A stretch of DNA of 64,000 nt, from the IMG/VR virus record IMGVR_UViG_3300033388_007403. One strand, 5' to 3'. Positions within the stretch are counted from its first letter, which is position 1. Every line of letters begins with the position of its first letter. Positions 20,312 to 29,906 of this stretch are shown piece after piece. Both the position numbers and the translations under genes were made by a program. This DNA comes from an uncultured virus (IMG/VR IMGVR_UViG_3300033388_007403) (taxonomy: Duplodnaviria > Heunggongvirae > Uroviricota > Caudoviricetes). Under the pieces are notes generated by a model. The model saw only the letters and a list, made by a program, of their open reading frames with translations. It had not been told where the DNA came from and made no database searches.

Positions 20312-20575
20312 TTACCAATCCCAACCAAAGTCGTCTTCAGATTTGTGATTTAATCCATGTTCCGGTTTCGACATATGACATTTTCTACATAAAACTTGCA
20401 AATCATTTTGTGTCTCTTTCCAAAGATGTTTGTAATTTAAATGGTGAACTTGTAGATTATTAGGACTTTTGCACTTTTCGCATTGATACCCAGCTTCTTT
20501 GAGCATTATTTTTCGCATTGTTTTCCAATGATTACTAGTTAAATAAGAGTCATAATTATTCATTTTTTTAAACAT
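20312..20575 (-). CDS. HNH endonuclease (small)
   Basis: CEKC..LQVHH..LCRKCH; TTGAAA-N17-TATAAT promoter at 20580-20608. Confidence 0.85.
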   Translation of the reverse strand: MFKKMNNYDSYLTSNHWKTMRKIMLKEAGYQCEKCKSPNNLQVHHLNYKHLWKETQNDLQVLCRKCHMSKPEHGLNHKSEDDFGWDW

Positions 20576-20613
20576 GATTATTATATCGGATTATTTTTAA
20601 TTTTTCAATATAG

Positions 20614-20922
20614 CTATTTTAATGGTTCCCATTCTTCCCAAGGACCAGTTTTAAATTCTATCATATCAGGAAAAATAGTATCTATTGTTGTAAAATAATC
20701 TCCCATACCTGTTCTTTTTTCATAATTACTTGGAAATGGGAATCTTAACCATAATCCATCAGCATATGGACTTGTATCATTTTCATTACTTGCAAACCAA
20801 GAACCAGCAACTAATCCATTTATTGTAATTTCTTCTAGTTTTTCTATAGGTGCTCCATGATATCCATAACCAGTAACATCCATTCCTTCTATCTCTTCTA
20901 TTGCTTTTTTATACCAATTCAT
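20614..20922 (-). CDS. MNWYK protein, possible ADP-ribosyltransferase-like fold
   Basis: YHG....L..I...GL followed by WFA, as in Tpt1/ART-like domains. Confidence 0.5.
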   Translation of the reverse strand: MNWYKKAIEEIEGMDVTGYGYHGAPIEKLEEITINGLVAGSWFASNENDTSPYADGLWLRFPFPSNYEKRTGMGDYFTTIDTIFPDMIEFKTGPWEEWEPLK

Positions 20923-21123
20923 CTATTCTAACTCATTTTTTATATTTTTTGGTAAATTATATTCATCTTCAGAATCAGATTCATGTTTTCTGGTAAAAAA
21001 CTCATTTAACATTTCTTTTTGAACATCATTATTATTAGGATCTCTTTTTAACTTCTTTCGAAGTTTATGCCACATTTTATCCCAGTCATATGAACTTAAC
21101 ATAAGTTTTTTATACCAGTTCAT
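20923..21123 (-). CDS. MNWYK small protein
   Basis: ORF track. Confidence 0.65.
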   Translation of the reverse strand: MNWYKKLMLSSYDWDKMWHKLRKKLKRDPNNNDVQKEMLNEFFTRKHESDSEDEYNLPKNIKNELE

Positions 21124-21440
21124 GCGTTTGTTGGATTATCCATAGAATCATATAGACTAGATCCTTCAGGAGTCATCATTCCCCAATTTATTATTGTATT
21201 ATGTTCTCTCTTTAAGTCTTCAACCATTTGAGTCCCAATTCCTTGTTCCCTCAAATTTTTTTTTACTAAAATATTCTGTATATACACTTGATCTCTAAAT
21301 AGACAATACTCAATCATCCCCACTGGTTGTTCTGTAGAGGCATCTTTTGCTACTAACACATATTCATGTTGTTCATTATGATAATCTTCATGAATATGTT
21401 CAAATACCAATGCTAATTGTGCTATTTTATACCAGTTCAT
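21120..21440 (-). CDS. MNWYK protein, GNAT acetyltransferase
   Basis: IQNILV...REQGIGTQMV acetyl-CoA motif A. Confidence 0.8.
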   Translation of the reverse strand: MNWYKIAQLALVFEHIHEDYHNEQHEYVLVAKDASTEQPVGMIEYCLFRDQVYIQNILVKKNLREQGIGTQMVEDLKREHNTIINWGMMTPEGSSLYDSMDNPTNA

Positions 21441-21880
21441 ATTCTCTCCATTATGGCATTTCCTGATGGCAACTTTTTTATAACTCTAAATCCTCGTCTT
21501 TTAAGTGCAACTTTGCTAATATCTGATGTAACATAAAGTTTCATTGTAGCGTTATTGTCTATCTCGGAATATGGTCCTTGTTCAAATTCTTCGATTCCTC
21601 TATTAATAAGTGCAGAACCAATTCTTTTTCCTTGATGTTCTTTTGCTATGTCAACATCGAATTCATAATTTCTATTTTCAAATGAAATCCAAAGAGCAGC
21701 AATAACATTGCCGGTTAAGTCTTTAACAACTCTATATAATTCTCTATCTCTAGTAATTCCTAAATCTATGTTAGTAGCTAATTGAGTTGCTTGATTTGAC
21801 AAATTGAAATCAATGTCACCGATATTATCGGTAACACCTTCAATTTCTATTTCAGATTGTGATTTTTTATACCAATTCAT
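21437..21880 (-). CDS. MNWYK protein, GNAT acetyltransferase
   Basis: DIAKEHQGKRIGSALI...LKRRGF. Confidence 0.75.
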   Translation of the reverse strand: MNWYKKSQSEIEIEGVTDNIGDIDFNLSNQATQLATNIDLGITRDRELYRVVKDLTGNVIAALWISFENRNYEFDVDIAKEHQGKRIGSALINRGIEEFEQGPYSEIDNNATMKLYVTSDISKVALKRRGFRVIKKLPSGNAIMERI

Positions 21881-21883
21881 TGT

Positions 21884-22399
21884 TTATTTCCTATTCAATA
21901 TTAAAACAGGTATCTCAATAACCCCAAGATCTTTAGCCATTAATGCTCTGTGTAGTCCTTCTTGACCAGCATAATTTCCTTCATTATACATCAGATATCC
22001 CATAGGAGGTTGCTCTCCAGCAATCCATCTATCTTTATACGCATCTATTAAATTTTTAGTTTCATTATGTCCTATTGTAGAATTTCTTCTATAATTAATT
22101 ACTTTTTCTTTAAAATCTTCATATGAGTAATCATATAATATATCTTTATCTTTTTCATAGGCTCCTATTGTGCATCTATCAATATATTCATCAGGACTCA
22201 TCCACTCTATTTCTCCTGTTAATTCTCTCATTTCTTCATAAAAACTTTTAACTGGACCTCTTTTGTAATTGCCTTCATTATCATACCATGAATGATTTTT
22301 ATCAGATATTGTTTGGTTATACATTGAATTATCTGATTCTTCTTGGAACTCAAGAGGTTGTCCATACATATCCCATTGTGCTTGTTTATACCAATTCAT
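21884..22399 (-). CDS. MNWYK protein, ParB/Srx-like fold
   Basis: WMSPDEY...QEGLHRALMA..LG...IPV. Confidence 0.6.
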   Translation of the reverse strand: MNWYKQAQWDMYGQPLEFQEESDNSMYNQTISDKNHSWYDNEGNYKRGPVKSFYEEMRELTGEIEWMSPDEYIDRCTIGAYEKDKDILYDYSYEDFKEKVINYRRNSTIGHNETKNLIDAYKDRWIAGEQPPMGYLMYNEGNYAGQEGLHRALMAKDLGVIEIPVLILNRK

Positions 22400-23078
22400 T
22401 TATTTTCTCAGAATATAACTTGTAATTCTCTCTTACACCATCTTCGTCTAAACTATTTATCTTTTGAGTGATATCTTGAATAATTTGTTCTTTTAGCTCT
22501 GGATTCTCTTTTATATGGTATCTTATAGCAATAGTTAATAACTTCTTTCTTATTTCTTCGATGTTATTTACCATATCAATCCCATTCTTTCTGAAAAACT
22601 CCATCATCTTATTCCCAATAAGAATATGTCCTTTTTGCGAATATTCTGAAAAATAATCTCCAGGCTCTACACCTGGATATATATTATCAGTTTCCCCTTG
22701 CCAATCTTTCCATGGTCCAGTTTCTTCCCAAGGTCTTTGCTCAAAATCTTCTCCACCCTTTTTCATAATAACCAACATACCATAATTTTTCAACTCATTA
22801 ATAGAAACATTATGATATTCTTTTTTTAACATTTTAGAAACAGAATATTGCATAGCAGTAAATGCTTTCATTAAATTATCTTTATCTGTGGCATATGTAA
22901 CATCTACAGGATCAAACTCAACTCCAGCAGCATCATATTCTCCAGCATAAGAATCTGTAACAAAATCTCCAGTATCAGGAACTAATCCAATATTCTTAAT
23001 TGAATCATAATTATCAATGGAAGTTCCATGATAAAGAGTTCTTGCTGTAGCAACTTTTACTATTTTATACCAATTCAT
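22386..23078 (-). CDS. MNWYK protein, ART/Tpt1-like domain
   Basis: TLYHGTS..NYDSIKNIGLVP...TYAT. Confidence 0.6.
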   Translation of the reverse strand: MNWYKIVKVATARTLYHGTSIDNYDSIKNIGLVPDTGDFVTDSYAGEYDAAGVEFDPVDVTYATDKDNLMKAFTAMQYSVSKMLKKEYHNVSINELKNYGMLVIMKKGGEDFEQRPWEETGPWKDWQGETDNIYPGVEPGDYFSEYSQKGHILIGNKMMEFFRKNGIDMVNNIEEIRKKLLTIAIRYHIKENPELKEQIIQDITQKINSLDEDGVRENYKLYSEKINELV

Positions 23079-23080
23079 AA

Positions 23081-23461
23081 TTAATAAACATAAATCTGTT
23101 TTATTCTTGGAAACTTTTGATATAACTTAAATAATATACTCTTGGGAACAGATCTGAATTCAGAAAAACCTCTTACTGGACGGAAAATGGTTAATCTTCC
23201 TGTTGAAGATTCAAATCTTCCACCGTAACCTTCAACTGCTCCATTAACATTAAGATACTCAGGAAAAGCTGTTATATGATCTGAAAACTTTGAAGTCTGT
23301 TCTTTTGATATCACTTCTCCTTCAATAAGGATCCATATATAATTAGGAAAACCTTCATTAGGTCCTTTGATTCCATGACCTATCTCTGTGTAGGGTTCTT
23401 TTCGATCTTCTATCACTTCTATATTTGATAACTGAGCCAATTTGTACCAATTAATAAACAT
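23081..23461 (-). CDS. (MFI)NWYK protein, tandem paralog 1
   Basis: Similar to 23451-23831 (GRFESSTGRL, RSVPKSILFKLYQKFP). Confidence 0.7.
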   Translation of the reverse strand: MFINWYKLAQLSNIEVIEDRKEPYTEIGHGIKGPNEGFPNYIWILIEGEVISKEQTSKFSDHITAFPEYLNVNGAVEGYGGRFESSTGRLTIFRPVRGFSEFRSVPKSILFKLYQKFPRIKQIYVY

Positions 23462-23831
23462 AAACTTGTTTTACTCCTGGAAATTTCTGGTATAACTTAA
23501 ATAATATACTTTTAGGAACACTTCTATAACGAGAAATACTATGATAAGGACGATGAACACTTAACCTTCCTGTCGAAGATTCAAATCTTCCTGTAAAAGA
23601 TGTTTCAAAATTAATACCAGGAAATGTTTCTATTGAATGACCTGCATGTTCTGAACCCTCTTCTACAGATAATACTTCTCCATCATGAAAAGCCCATATG
23701 TGATTAGGACTATCTTCAACATATTTATATCCTCCTTCTCCTTCATGACCTATATGTAGATAACTCATTGGAGGCTCTTCTATCACCTCTACATCTGATA
23801 ACTGAGCTAATTTGTACCAATTAATAAACAT
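23451..23831 (-). CDS. (MFI)NWYK protein, tandem paralog 2
   Basis: As above; a third 3' remnant sits at about 23821-23910. Confidence 0.7.
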   Translation of the reverse strand: MFINWYKLAQLSDVEVIEEPPMSYLHIGHEGEGGYKYVEDSPNHIWAFHDGEVLSVEEGSEHAGHSIETFPGINFETSFTGRFESSTGRLSVHRPYHSISRYRSVPKSILFKLYQKFPGVKQVYVY

Positions 23832-23936
23832 AAACTTGTTTTACTCCTAGAAATTTCTGGTATAACTTAAATAATATACTCTTAGGAACACTTCTGAATT
23901 CAGAAAAACTTTTTACTGAACAATCAATTTCATATT

Positions 23937-24320
23937 TTATGCGTAGAAATACTCTACACCCTCACCAAGATTCTCAAACCAAATAACATTTTTTTCGGGA
24001 CTAAAATAAAATTCAAAATTCTCTGGGTTTCTTTGCATCTCTCTAATATTAATACCAGAATCAATATCATATTCAATACTATTATAATCAATATCATTAC
24101 CCTCAACACCATGCTCCCAATAATTATTATATTGAATATCAAATCCAAGTATTGTTAAAAATCTCTCAAAACTAATCTGAGTACCATTAGCAACTAATTG
24201 AGCTAAATCTGTGGCATCATATACACCAAGAGTTTCCTGAAAATGAGGATCCTCTAACCCAGTGATACAATCACCTATAAAACTTCTGCTCATTGCTCTT
24301 TTGTACCAATTCATATTCAA
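23937..24320 (-). CDS. MNWYK hypothetical protein
   Basis: MNMNWYKRAM... Confidence 0.7.
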   Translation of the reverse strand: MNMNWYKRAMSRSFIGDCITGLEDPHFQETLGVYDATDLAQLVANGTQISFERFLTILGFDIQYNNYWEHGVEGNDIDYNSIEYDIDSGINIREMQRNPENFEFYFSPEKNVIWFENLGEGVEYFYA

Positions 24321-24529
24321 CCCTCTATCAACTCTCTTTTCTTTAACTCTTCTAACTCTAACTCTTTCTTATTTATTAATAAATCTAAACCACTAAAAGA
24401 AGGCTCTCTGCGTTCTTGATGAGCATGAGAGGGATGACGAGCCAAAGCCTCAGCTGCATTTCTTTTTTTCCGCAATTTATTTAATTCTTGTTCTAAATCA
24501 TATCTCTTTATGTCATTATACCAATTCAT
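24317..24529 (-). CDS. MNWY small coiled-coil protein
   Basis: MNWYNDIK... Confidence 0.6.
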   Translation of the reverse strand: MNWYNDIKRYDLEQELNKLRKKRNAAEALARHPSHAHQERREPSFSGLDLLINKKELELEELKKRELIEG

Positions 24530-25134
24530 TATTCTGCCTTCCTAATAAAACATATTTTTTTGTTAAAGACTTTGCAACTGTCTATATGCTGTTCTAAATA
24601 ATAACAATCTTCTGAACTTATAAATTCATTAATGAACTTTTTAAGAAGTAGAAAATAACTTATTGTTTTAATCATTTTTGGAGTATTAGATTTACTTTCT
24701 TTTACATCTAAATCTTCAATTATATATAATCCACCAGGCTTTAGTCTTCTAAATAAATAACTAAGAGAAATGCTTTGGTCTCGACAATTATGAGAACCAT
24801 CATCTATAATTATGTCAAATTTATCTGGACAATTTTCCACAATGTCTAATAATACTTCTACATTAGATTGATCACCTTCAAAAATGCTAAATCTGGTTCT
24901 ATCTATATCAGATATGGATTCTGTTAAAATATCTATATCTAAACCATAAATGTGTGATTGTGAAAAATAGTCTAACCACATTCTAATAGAAGCACCATTG
25001 AGTACACCTATCTCAAGAATGTTGAGAGATTTATCTTTTATAGAATCAAAATACTTTTGATAAATTTCAGGGTAATTGTGCTTATACCCTTTGTCAGTAT
25101 TATATTTATTAGATAGTTCTAATAAGTTGTTCAC
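24529..25134 (-). CDS. class I SAM-dependent methyltransferase
   Basis: TDK...ILEIGVLNGAS...YGLDI...FDIIIDDGSH...LKPGGLYIIED. Confidence 0.9.
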   Translation of the reverse strand: MNNLLELSNKYNTDKGYKHNYPEIYQKYFDSIKDKSLNILEIGVLNGASIRMWLDYFSQSHIYGLDIDILTESISDIDRTRFSIFEGDQSNVEVLLDIVENCPDKFDIIIDDGSHNCRDQSISLSYLFRRLKPGGLYIIEDLDVKESKSNTPKMIKTISYFLLLKKFINEFISSEDCYYLEQHIDSCKVFNKKICFIRKAE

Positions 25135-25406
25135 TTAATTCTCTCCTGGTTCACTTTATTAAATTTCTTAATACTCTTATTTCTCATTCTGTTTCTGAAC
25201 ATAGCAATATATTTGTTATGACTATTAAAAGAAGTATGAACTAACTCCCTATGACAACTCCAACATAAACTTATTCCATTGTCTAATTTATAAACTTTTT
25301 TAATGTTCTTATAATTTGCCTTTGGATATATGTGATGAGCATTTAATTCCCTTATAGGCTCAACATTCTCACACATATAACATATACCCCTATCTCTAAG
25401 TTTCAC
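25131..25406 (-). CDS. HNH endonuclease
   Basis: RD..ICYMC..AHHI..NGISLCWSCH. Confidence 0.8.
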   Translation of the reverse strand: MKLRDRGICYMCENVEPIRELNAHHIYPKANYKNIKKVYKLDNGISLCWSCHRELVHTSFNSHNKYIAMFRNRMRNKSIKKFNKVNQERIK

Positions 25407-25444
25407 AAGCCTTGACCATCGTCTTAATTTATATTCATCAAATT

Positions 25445-25546
25445 TTATTGTCCTGTCCCCCTGAGAATGTCTGCATCTCTTTTATCTAATGTTTCTGGTA
25501 TTCTTCCTCTAGGAAACACAAATTTCATTATTTCATACCAATTCAT
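25445..25546 (-). CDS. 33-aa MNWY peptide (below the ORF-track cutoff)
   Basis: Hand translation MNWYEIMKFVFPRGRIPETLDKRDADILRGTGQ*. Confidence 0.5.
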   Translation of the reverse strand: MNWYEIMKFVFPRGRIPETLDKRDADILRGTGQ

Positions 25547-25564
25547 TTTTTGTTCCATTTTAAT

Positions 25565-25900
25565 TTATTGAGGATTCCTGAATGGACCATTATCTTGATA
25601 ACTATTTACAAATTCTGGATGTACTTCTTTTTTTCTTTGTTCTCTTTTTAGTTGAGCTTTAAGAGCATTTAATCTTTTTATTTGACCAGTTAATATCAAT
25701 TTTATTTTTCTTCTATATTGAGATTCATTTGTAGGTAAGCTCCTAGAACGAAGAGAAAGATTTGGATTCTGCAACTCTTCTTTATAACTTTCAATAGTTT
25801 CTTCTATAGATGCTATTTCTGAACTTAAATCCATCATGAAAAGATTATATGGATTTACTGTATTTCGTATCTCTTCTATAGCATGTTTATACCAATTCAT
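25565..25900 (-). CDS. MNWYK coiled-coil protein, first gene of the cluster
   Basis: GGAG RBS; MNWYKHAIEE. Confidence 0.75.
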   Translation of the reverse strand: MNWYKHAIEEIRNTVNPYNLFMMDLSSEIASIEETIESYKEELQNPNLSLRSRSLPTNESQYRRKIKLILTGQIKRLNALKAQLKREQRKKEVHPEFVNSYQDNGPFRNPQ

Positions 25901-25933
25901 TATATCTCCATTTTGAAATTTTTTGTATAATTA

Positions 25934-25964
25934 CTCTATTCTAAAAAAATGCCCTTTTACCTCT
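25934..25964 (-). promoter_or_regulatory. phage promoter class AAAGG-N17-GAATATA heading the MNWYK cluster
   Basis: AGAGGT-17 nt-GAATAGAG. Confidence 0.5.
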
Positions 25965-26373
25965 ATCATTTTTTTATTTCCCAAAATTTTGGTTCCATAA
26001 AAGAAGTATCAATAATGAGATAAAATTTAATTCATTTTTGAGTGAAAAATTGGGCTAGGAGTAGAGACTCCTTAATAAGATTATATCTTATTACTTTCTG
26101 CCCAATTTTTTTGTGGTGATAAAAGGCGGGTCCCATAAATATATTATATGGAATAGAGGAGGTAGTGATATCTCGCTGGGTATGGTGGGGGGTATTGTTT
26201 TTGGACATTTTCTATCCTGGATATCTTTTATATTGTATAGTTTCAATGTATATAATACGATATACTAAAAAGAGTTGTGGATATACACAGTCTCTTATAA
26301 TGGAGTACAATATACTCTCTTATACTGTAGCCTCAACAGAATACTGGACATGTATACTCTTTAATACAACAAT

Positions 26374-26410
26374 AAAAAGAATGGGTCAGGAATAATTCCC
26401 GATCCATTCT
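26374..26410 (-). terminator. intrinsic terminator closing the repeat-headed array
   Basis: AGAATGGATCGGGAAT/ATTCCTGACCCATTCT hairpin followed by a T run on - strand. Confidence 0.7.
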
Positions 26411-26421
26411 ATCTTGTTCTG

Positions 26422-27018
26422 CTACTTTGCTCGGACGAACCGGACACCATTCATCTTGATCTTGGTGATGTTCTCTACTTTCGGACTCCGGTATATCACC
26501 TTATCCTTTGCGGGCTGAGCAGTTCCTTCGCGTTTCGGGGGAAAGAAACTCTTCATCTCCACAACCTCGGCTTCGGTCAGCGGAGTTCCCGACTCAATCC
26601 ATCGGTATTCCACATCGTGGCTTGCGAGAACACGACATTGGAGATAATAATCATCCCTGTCATTGTGTTTCAGGACAAACTTGGAGTTCCCGACATGATG
26701 GTTCCACTTCTGCGGCTGAGGGACAAACACGACATCCAGTCCCTCTTTGTCGGCTTTTCGCTGTACGCCCTTTGCGTATTCGTCGCCAATCATGATGTTC
26801 ATTCTCCCGAACTTCTCGACCAGCCCAATGAAGCGGTTCCCGGTCTTGTTCATCCGTGGAGTCGTAACCATCTCGATTTCAGCGAATGTCGCTCCTTTTT
26901 GTAGCAAACACGTTTCGACCAAAGACGTATCGCTAAAGAGGATAGTTGGTATCGTCTTTACTACGGTTTTGGCGACGACCTTTTCGGACTCTGTACTTTT
27001 TGTATCTTGTTCTTTCAT
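26422..27018 (-). CDS. conserved hypothetical phage protein (GC-rich gene)
   Basis: AAAGGAG RBS; 198 aa. Confidence 0.8.
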   Translation of the reverse strand: MKEQDTKSTESEKVVAKTVVKTIPTILFSDTSLVETCLLQKGATFAEIEMVTTPRMNKTGNRFIGLVEKFGRMNIMIGDEYAKGVQRKADKEGLDVVFVPQPQKWNHHVGNSKFVLKHNDRDDYYLQCRVLASHDVEYRWIESGTPLTEAEVVEMKSFFPPKREGTAQPAKDKVIYRSPKVENITKIKMNGVRFVRAK

Positions 27019-27234
27019 TTTCGGCTCCTTTCAGCCTTTTGTTGGCATCATTGCCAACACTTCATTAGAGTAAATTTTTTTGACTCTGGCGGTTCAAAAC
27101 GGAGAAACCAGATCCAGAAAAAAAGCGTTGATAAACTCCGCCGTACCATCCGCCACTATATCAGCATAAAATTTTTCTACTCTGGCGAAATGAAAGTGGA
27201 GCGATGGGGTCTCCAATCCCACCGCCCCGATAGT

Positions 27235-27696
27235 TCAGGACAACATCTCTGTTAATTGTCGAATTCGATTGTAGAACCCGCGACTGTGGATCGACTTTGG
27301 CAGGTTCGATACCTCGTAATCCATATAATGGACAAGCTCATGCAACAATGTCGAGATCGAACCCTTTGCCGACCTTTGTTGTCGCCTTGCAGCAGTCCAG
27401 CGATAGATCTGGATATTCGATCCCAGGAAACTCCGGATGAAAAGACCTTGCGTTTTTATGGACATCTTACCTCTTGTACTCTGTTTTACCACTTTCGGTT
27501 GAACACCATCAAACACGACCGGAATTATCGGGATTTGAAATGCCCCACAAACTCGATGAGCCAGATCCTGTAAGTTCTGTTGGCTAATCGAATCCAATTC
27601 CCGACATTGCCGATACAGTTCCTTCGCCTCGCGACTGAAGTTCACGACTGGCAAGGTTGCTTTTTGAGATTTATTGTAATTGTTGTTGTTCCGCAT
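27235..27696 (-). CDS. zincin-like metallopeptidase (HExxH)
   Basis: TLLHELVHY...HSRGF. Confidence 0.75.
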   Translation of the reverse strand: MRNNNNYNKSQKATLPVVNFSREAKELYRQCRELDSISQQNLQDLAHRVCGAFQIPIIPVVFDGVQPKVVKQSTRGKMSIKTQGLFIRSFLGSNIQIYRWTAARRQQRSAKGSISTLLHELVHYMDYEVSNLPKSIHSRGFYNRIRQLTEMLS

Positions 27697-27810
27697 CTTC
27701 TTTCCCTTTCAATGCCACCATTAACACTGTATAAGAGAAAATTTTATTCACTCTGGCGGAAAAAAAAGAAGAGCAGCGGGGTATCCAATCCCGCCACTCT
27801 TGAAAGTTGA

Positions 27811-28029
27811 CTATCTTACTCGACAATACACTTTTCTGGTTCTCGGTCGCATAAGCGAAAGAGTTCGACAAGAGCGACCTTGTTCCTCGGCTTCTCGGTC
27901 TATCGCGTCCAGACCTTTTTTGTTCCGCATGGAAGAATCAGGAGTAACTCCCACCTGATTTCCACTTCTCATCGCTACACCGAAAATTGACTTGATGTGA
28001 TCCTCTACTTTGTTTGTCGTGTTCTGCAT
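27811..28029 (-). CDS. hypothetical protein
   Basis: AAGGG RBS after repeat 28093. Confidence 0.65.
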   Translation of the reverse strand: MQNTTNKVEDHIKSIFGVAMRSGNQVGVTPDSSMRNKKGLDAIDREAEEQGRSCRTLSLMRPRTRKVYCRVR

Positions 28030-28137
28030 TTTCCAGCCCTTTCGATTTTTGTCGCCACCATTGACAACACCTTATAAGAATAAATTTTTTTCACTCTGGC
28101 GGAAAAAGAAACAGGGGGCTTTCGCCCCCCAATATTC

Positions 28138-28554
28138 TCAATCAAGTCTGGATTCGACTCTTGCCTCTATTCCGTATCCAGAAAGAACGGAAACCATCGC
28201 CATGCACGAAGCAACATTTACGGACATTTCTTGTCGCATACTTGCGTCGTAAACACTGAACCAACCACCTCCATAATAGTGATTATCGCAGTTGAACCGG
28301 AGTTCTTGCCTCTTCTTTGAGAGTTTTTTAGCAAGCTGGAAAAACTTTCCCCTTGCCGAATTCAAATGCACGTTTGCAAATCCACAAAGGTCTAATAGTT
28401 GACCGACGCACCGATCACCGTCCATTACTGCATGTTTTGGACCTGCATTTTGTAGTTCTGCCAGTTTTTCTCTTGCCGCATGCGTCCCAGCTTCACGACA
28501 TTCTCGCACCACTTTCAATACGAGTTCTTCTGTCCATTTTACCTTCTTAGTCAT
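28138..28554 (-). CDS. conserved phage hypothetical protein
   Basis: CGFA...QEM...GI.A..ESRLD pattern; own repeat and terminator. Confidence 0.75.
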   Translation of the reverse strand: MTKKVKWTEELVLKVVRECREAGTHAAREKLAELQNAGPKHAVMDGDRCVGQLLDLCGFANVHLNSARGKFFQLAKKLSKKRQELRFNCDNHYYGGGWFSVYDASMRQEMSVNVASCMAMVSVLSGYGIEARVESRLD

Positions 28555-28691
28555 TTTCTTACCCTTTCGATTTTTGCTGGCACTATTGCCAACACCCTAT
28601 CAGGATAAATTTTTTTCACTCTGGCGAAAAAGAAAAAGACAAGACGAGTCCTCAACTCGCCTTGCCACTGCAACATCATTTCTTACATCTT

Positions 28692-29027
28692 TTATCCAGA
28701 ATACCCGTTATCCTTCGCTTGCTGATCAATATGATTATCCCAATCTGGACCGTATTCCTCTTCTTCCAGTAAATCCCAGATTGTTGCGGAAAAGATGACA
28801 TTGGAACCATACTTTGCCACCAACTCAGTTATCGCCAAACCAGAACCAAGAACATCGTCAAACTCCTCAACTGTCGCACCCTTGCGAGCGGCATTTTGTA
28901 ATGCACCAAACTTACCCTGAAAGTCGCCTATGTCCAGACCATAGTCAACGAAACAAGCTGGCGACAACATCGCCGCAGAATCAAATATAACTGCATCGTA
29001 AACCGTCTGAGCTATTGTCCGTGCCAT
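28692..29027 (-). CDS. hypothetical protein
   Basis: RBS after repeat 29090. Confidence 0.7.
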   Translation of the reverse strand: MARTIAQTVYDAVIFDSAAMLSPACFVDYGLDIGDFQGKFGALQNAARKGATVEEFDDVLGSGLAITELVAKYGSNVIFSATIWDLLEEEEYGPDWDNHIDQQAKDNGYSG

Positions 29028-29099
29028 TTTCTTACCCTTTCAATTTTGCTGGCATTATTGCCAACACCTTATCAGAATAAATTTTTTTCACTCTGGCGG

Positions 29100-29906
29100 T
29101 TATCTCATTTGCATTTTGGACTTTTCTATTCTTTTATTATATTTTTTTATTGCTAAAATCAAATCATCTGTACAATAAATATCGTCAATATGAGCAATCT
29201 GGATTTCTTTTCTGTGGTCGATGCTATGATAAGACCAATCACATCCAGAAACAATATTTCCATTACAGGCTAAATATAGTTCTGTTCCACTAAAAGATAT
29301 TGTATCTCCATACTCTGATTCTTCAAAAGAATATACTGGAGTATCAAGAGCTCCAAACTCTTTTGCTCTGCCCTCATTCTTGAGATTCCTGGTCGTCATT
29401 TCCTCATCAGAATGTTTATAAACAATAGTCGTTCCAGATGAATCTTGTCCAAGACCATACTCCCATTCCAGAATCTCTTTTAATTTATTATAATTTCTAT
29501 CTCTTTTTTCTTTTTGTGCCCAATTAAAAGTTTCTGTATGAAATGAGTCAAAAGAGAAACCTATTGCAGAAACTTCATTATCTCCACAAATCATGTGCAT
29601 TCGATAAAAATAATCTGCTAACTCCTCAACATTGATTGATTTCCCGTTAGTTACCATAAAGAAATTTTCTATATCGCAATTACCGTGAATCAAACATTTG
29701 CGGATATATTCAAGAGTATCCATAGCCAGAGTAGGTTCTCCACCTCCAATGGTCAAAGTTCCGACATGATCAATCAGTCCCAACATTTTGTAGATATAGT
29801 AGTTGTTGATTGTCTTTCGTTGAGCGGGACCACGTAAGCAATGGCGACATTTCATATTACATTTACGACTTGCTTCAATCAAGAGATCATTTATCAACAA
29901 TTCCAT
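29100..29906 (-). CDS. radical SAM protein
   Basis: CNMKCRHC, GGEP, TNG. Confidence 0.9.
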   Translation of the reverse strand: MELLINDLLIEASRKCNMKCRHCLRGPAQRKTINNYYIYKMLGLIDHVGTLTIGGGEPTLAMDTLEYIRKCLIHGNCDIENFFMVTNGKSINVEELADYFYRMHMICGDNEVSAIGFSFDSFHTETFNWAQKEKRDRNYNKLKEILEWEYGLGQDSSGTTIVYKHSDEEMTTRNLKNEGRAKEFGALDTPVYSFEESEYGDTISFSGTELYLACNGNIVSGCDWSYHSIDHRKEIQIAHIDDIYCTDDLILAIKKYNKRIEKSKMQMR

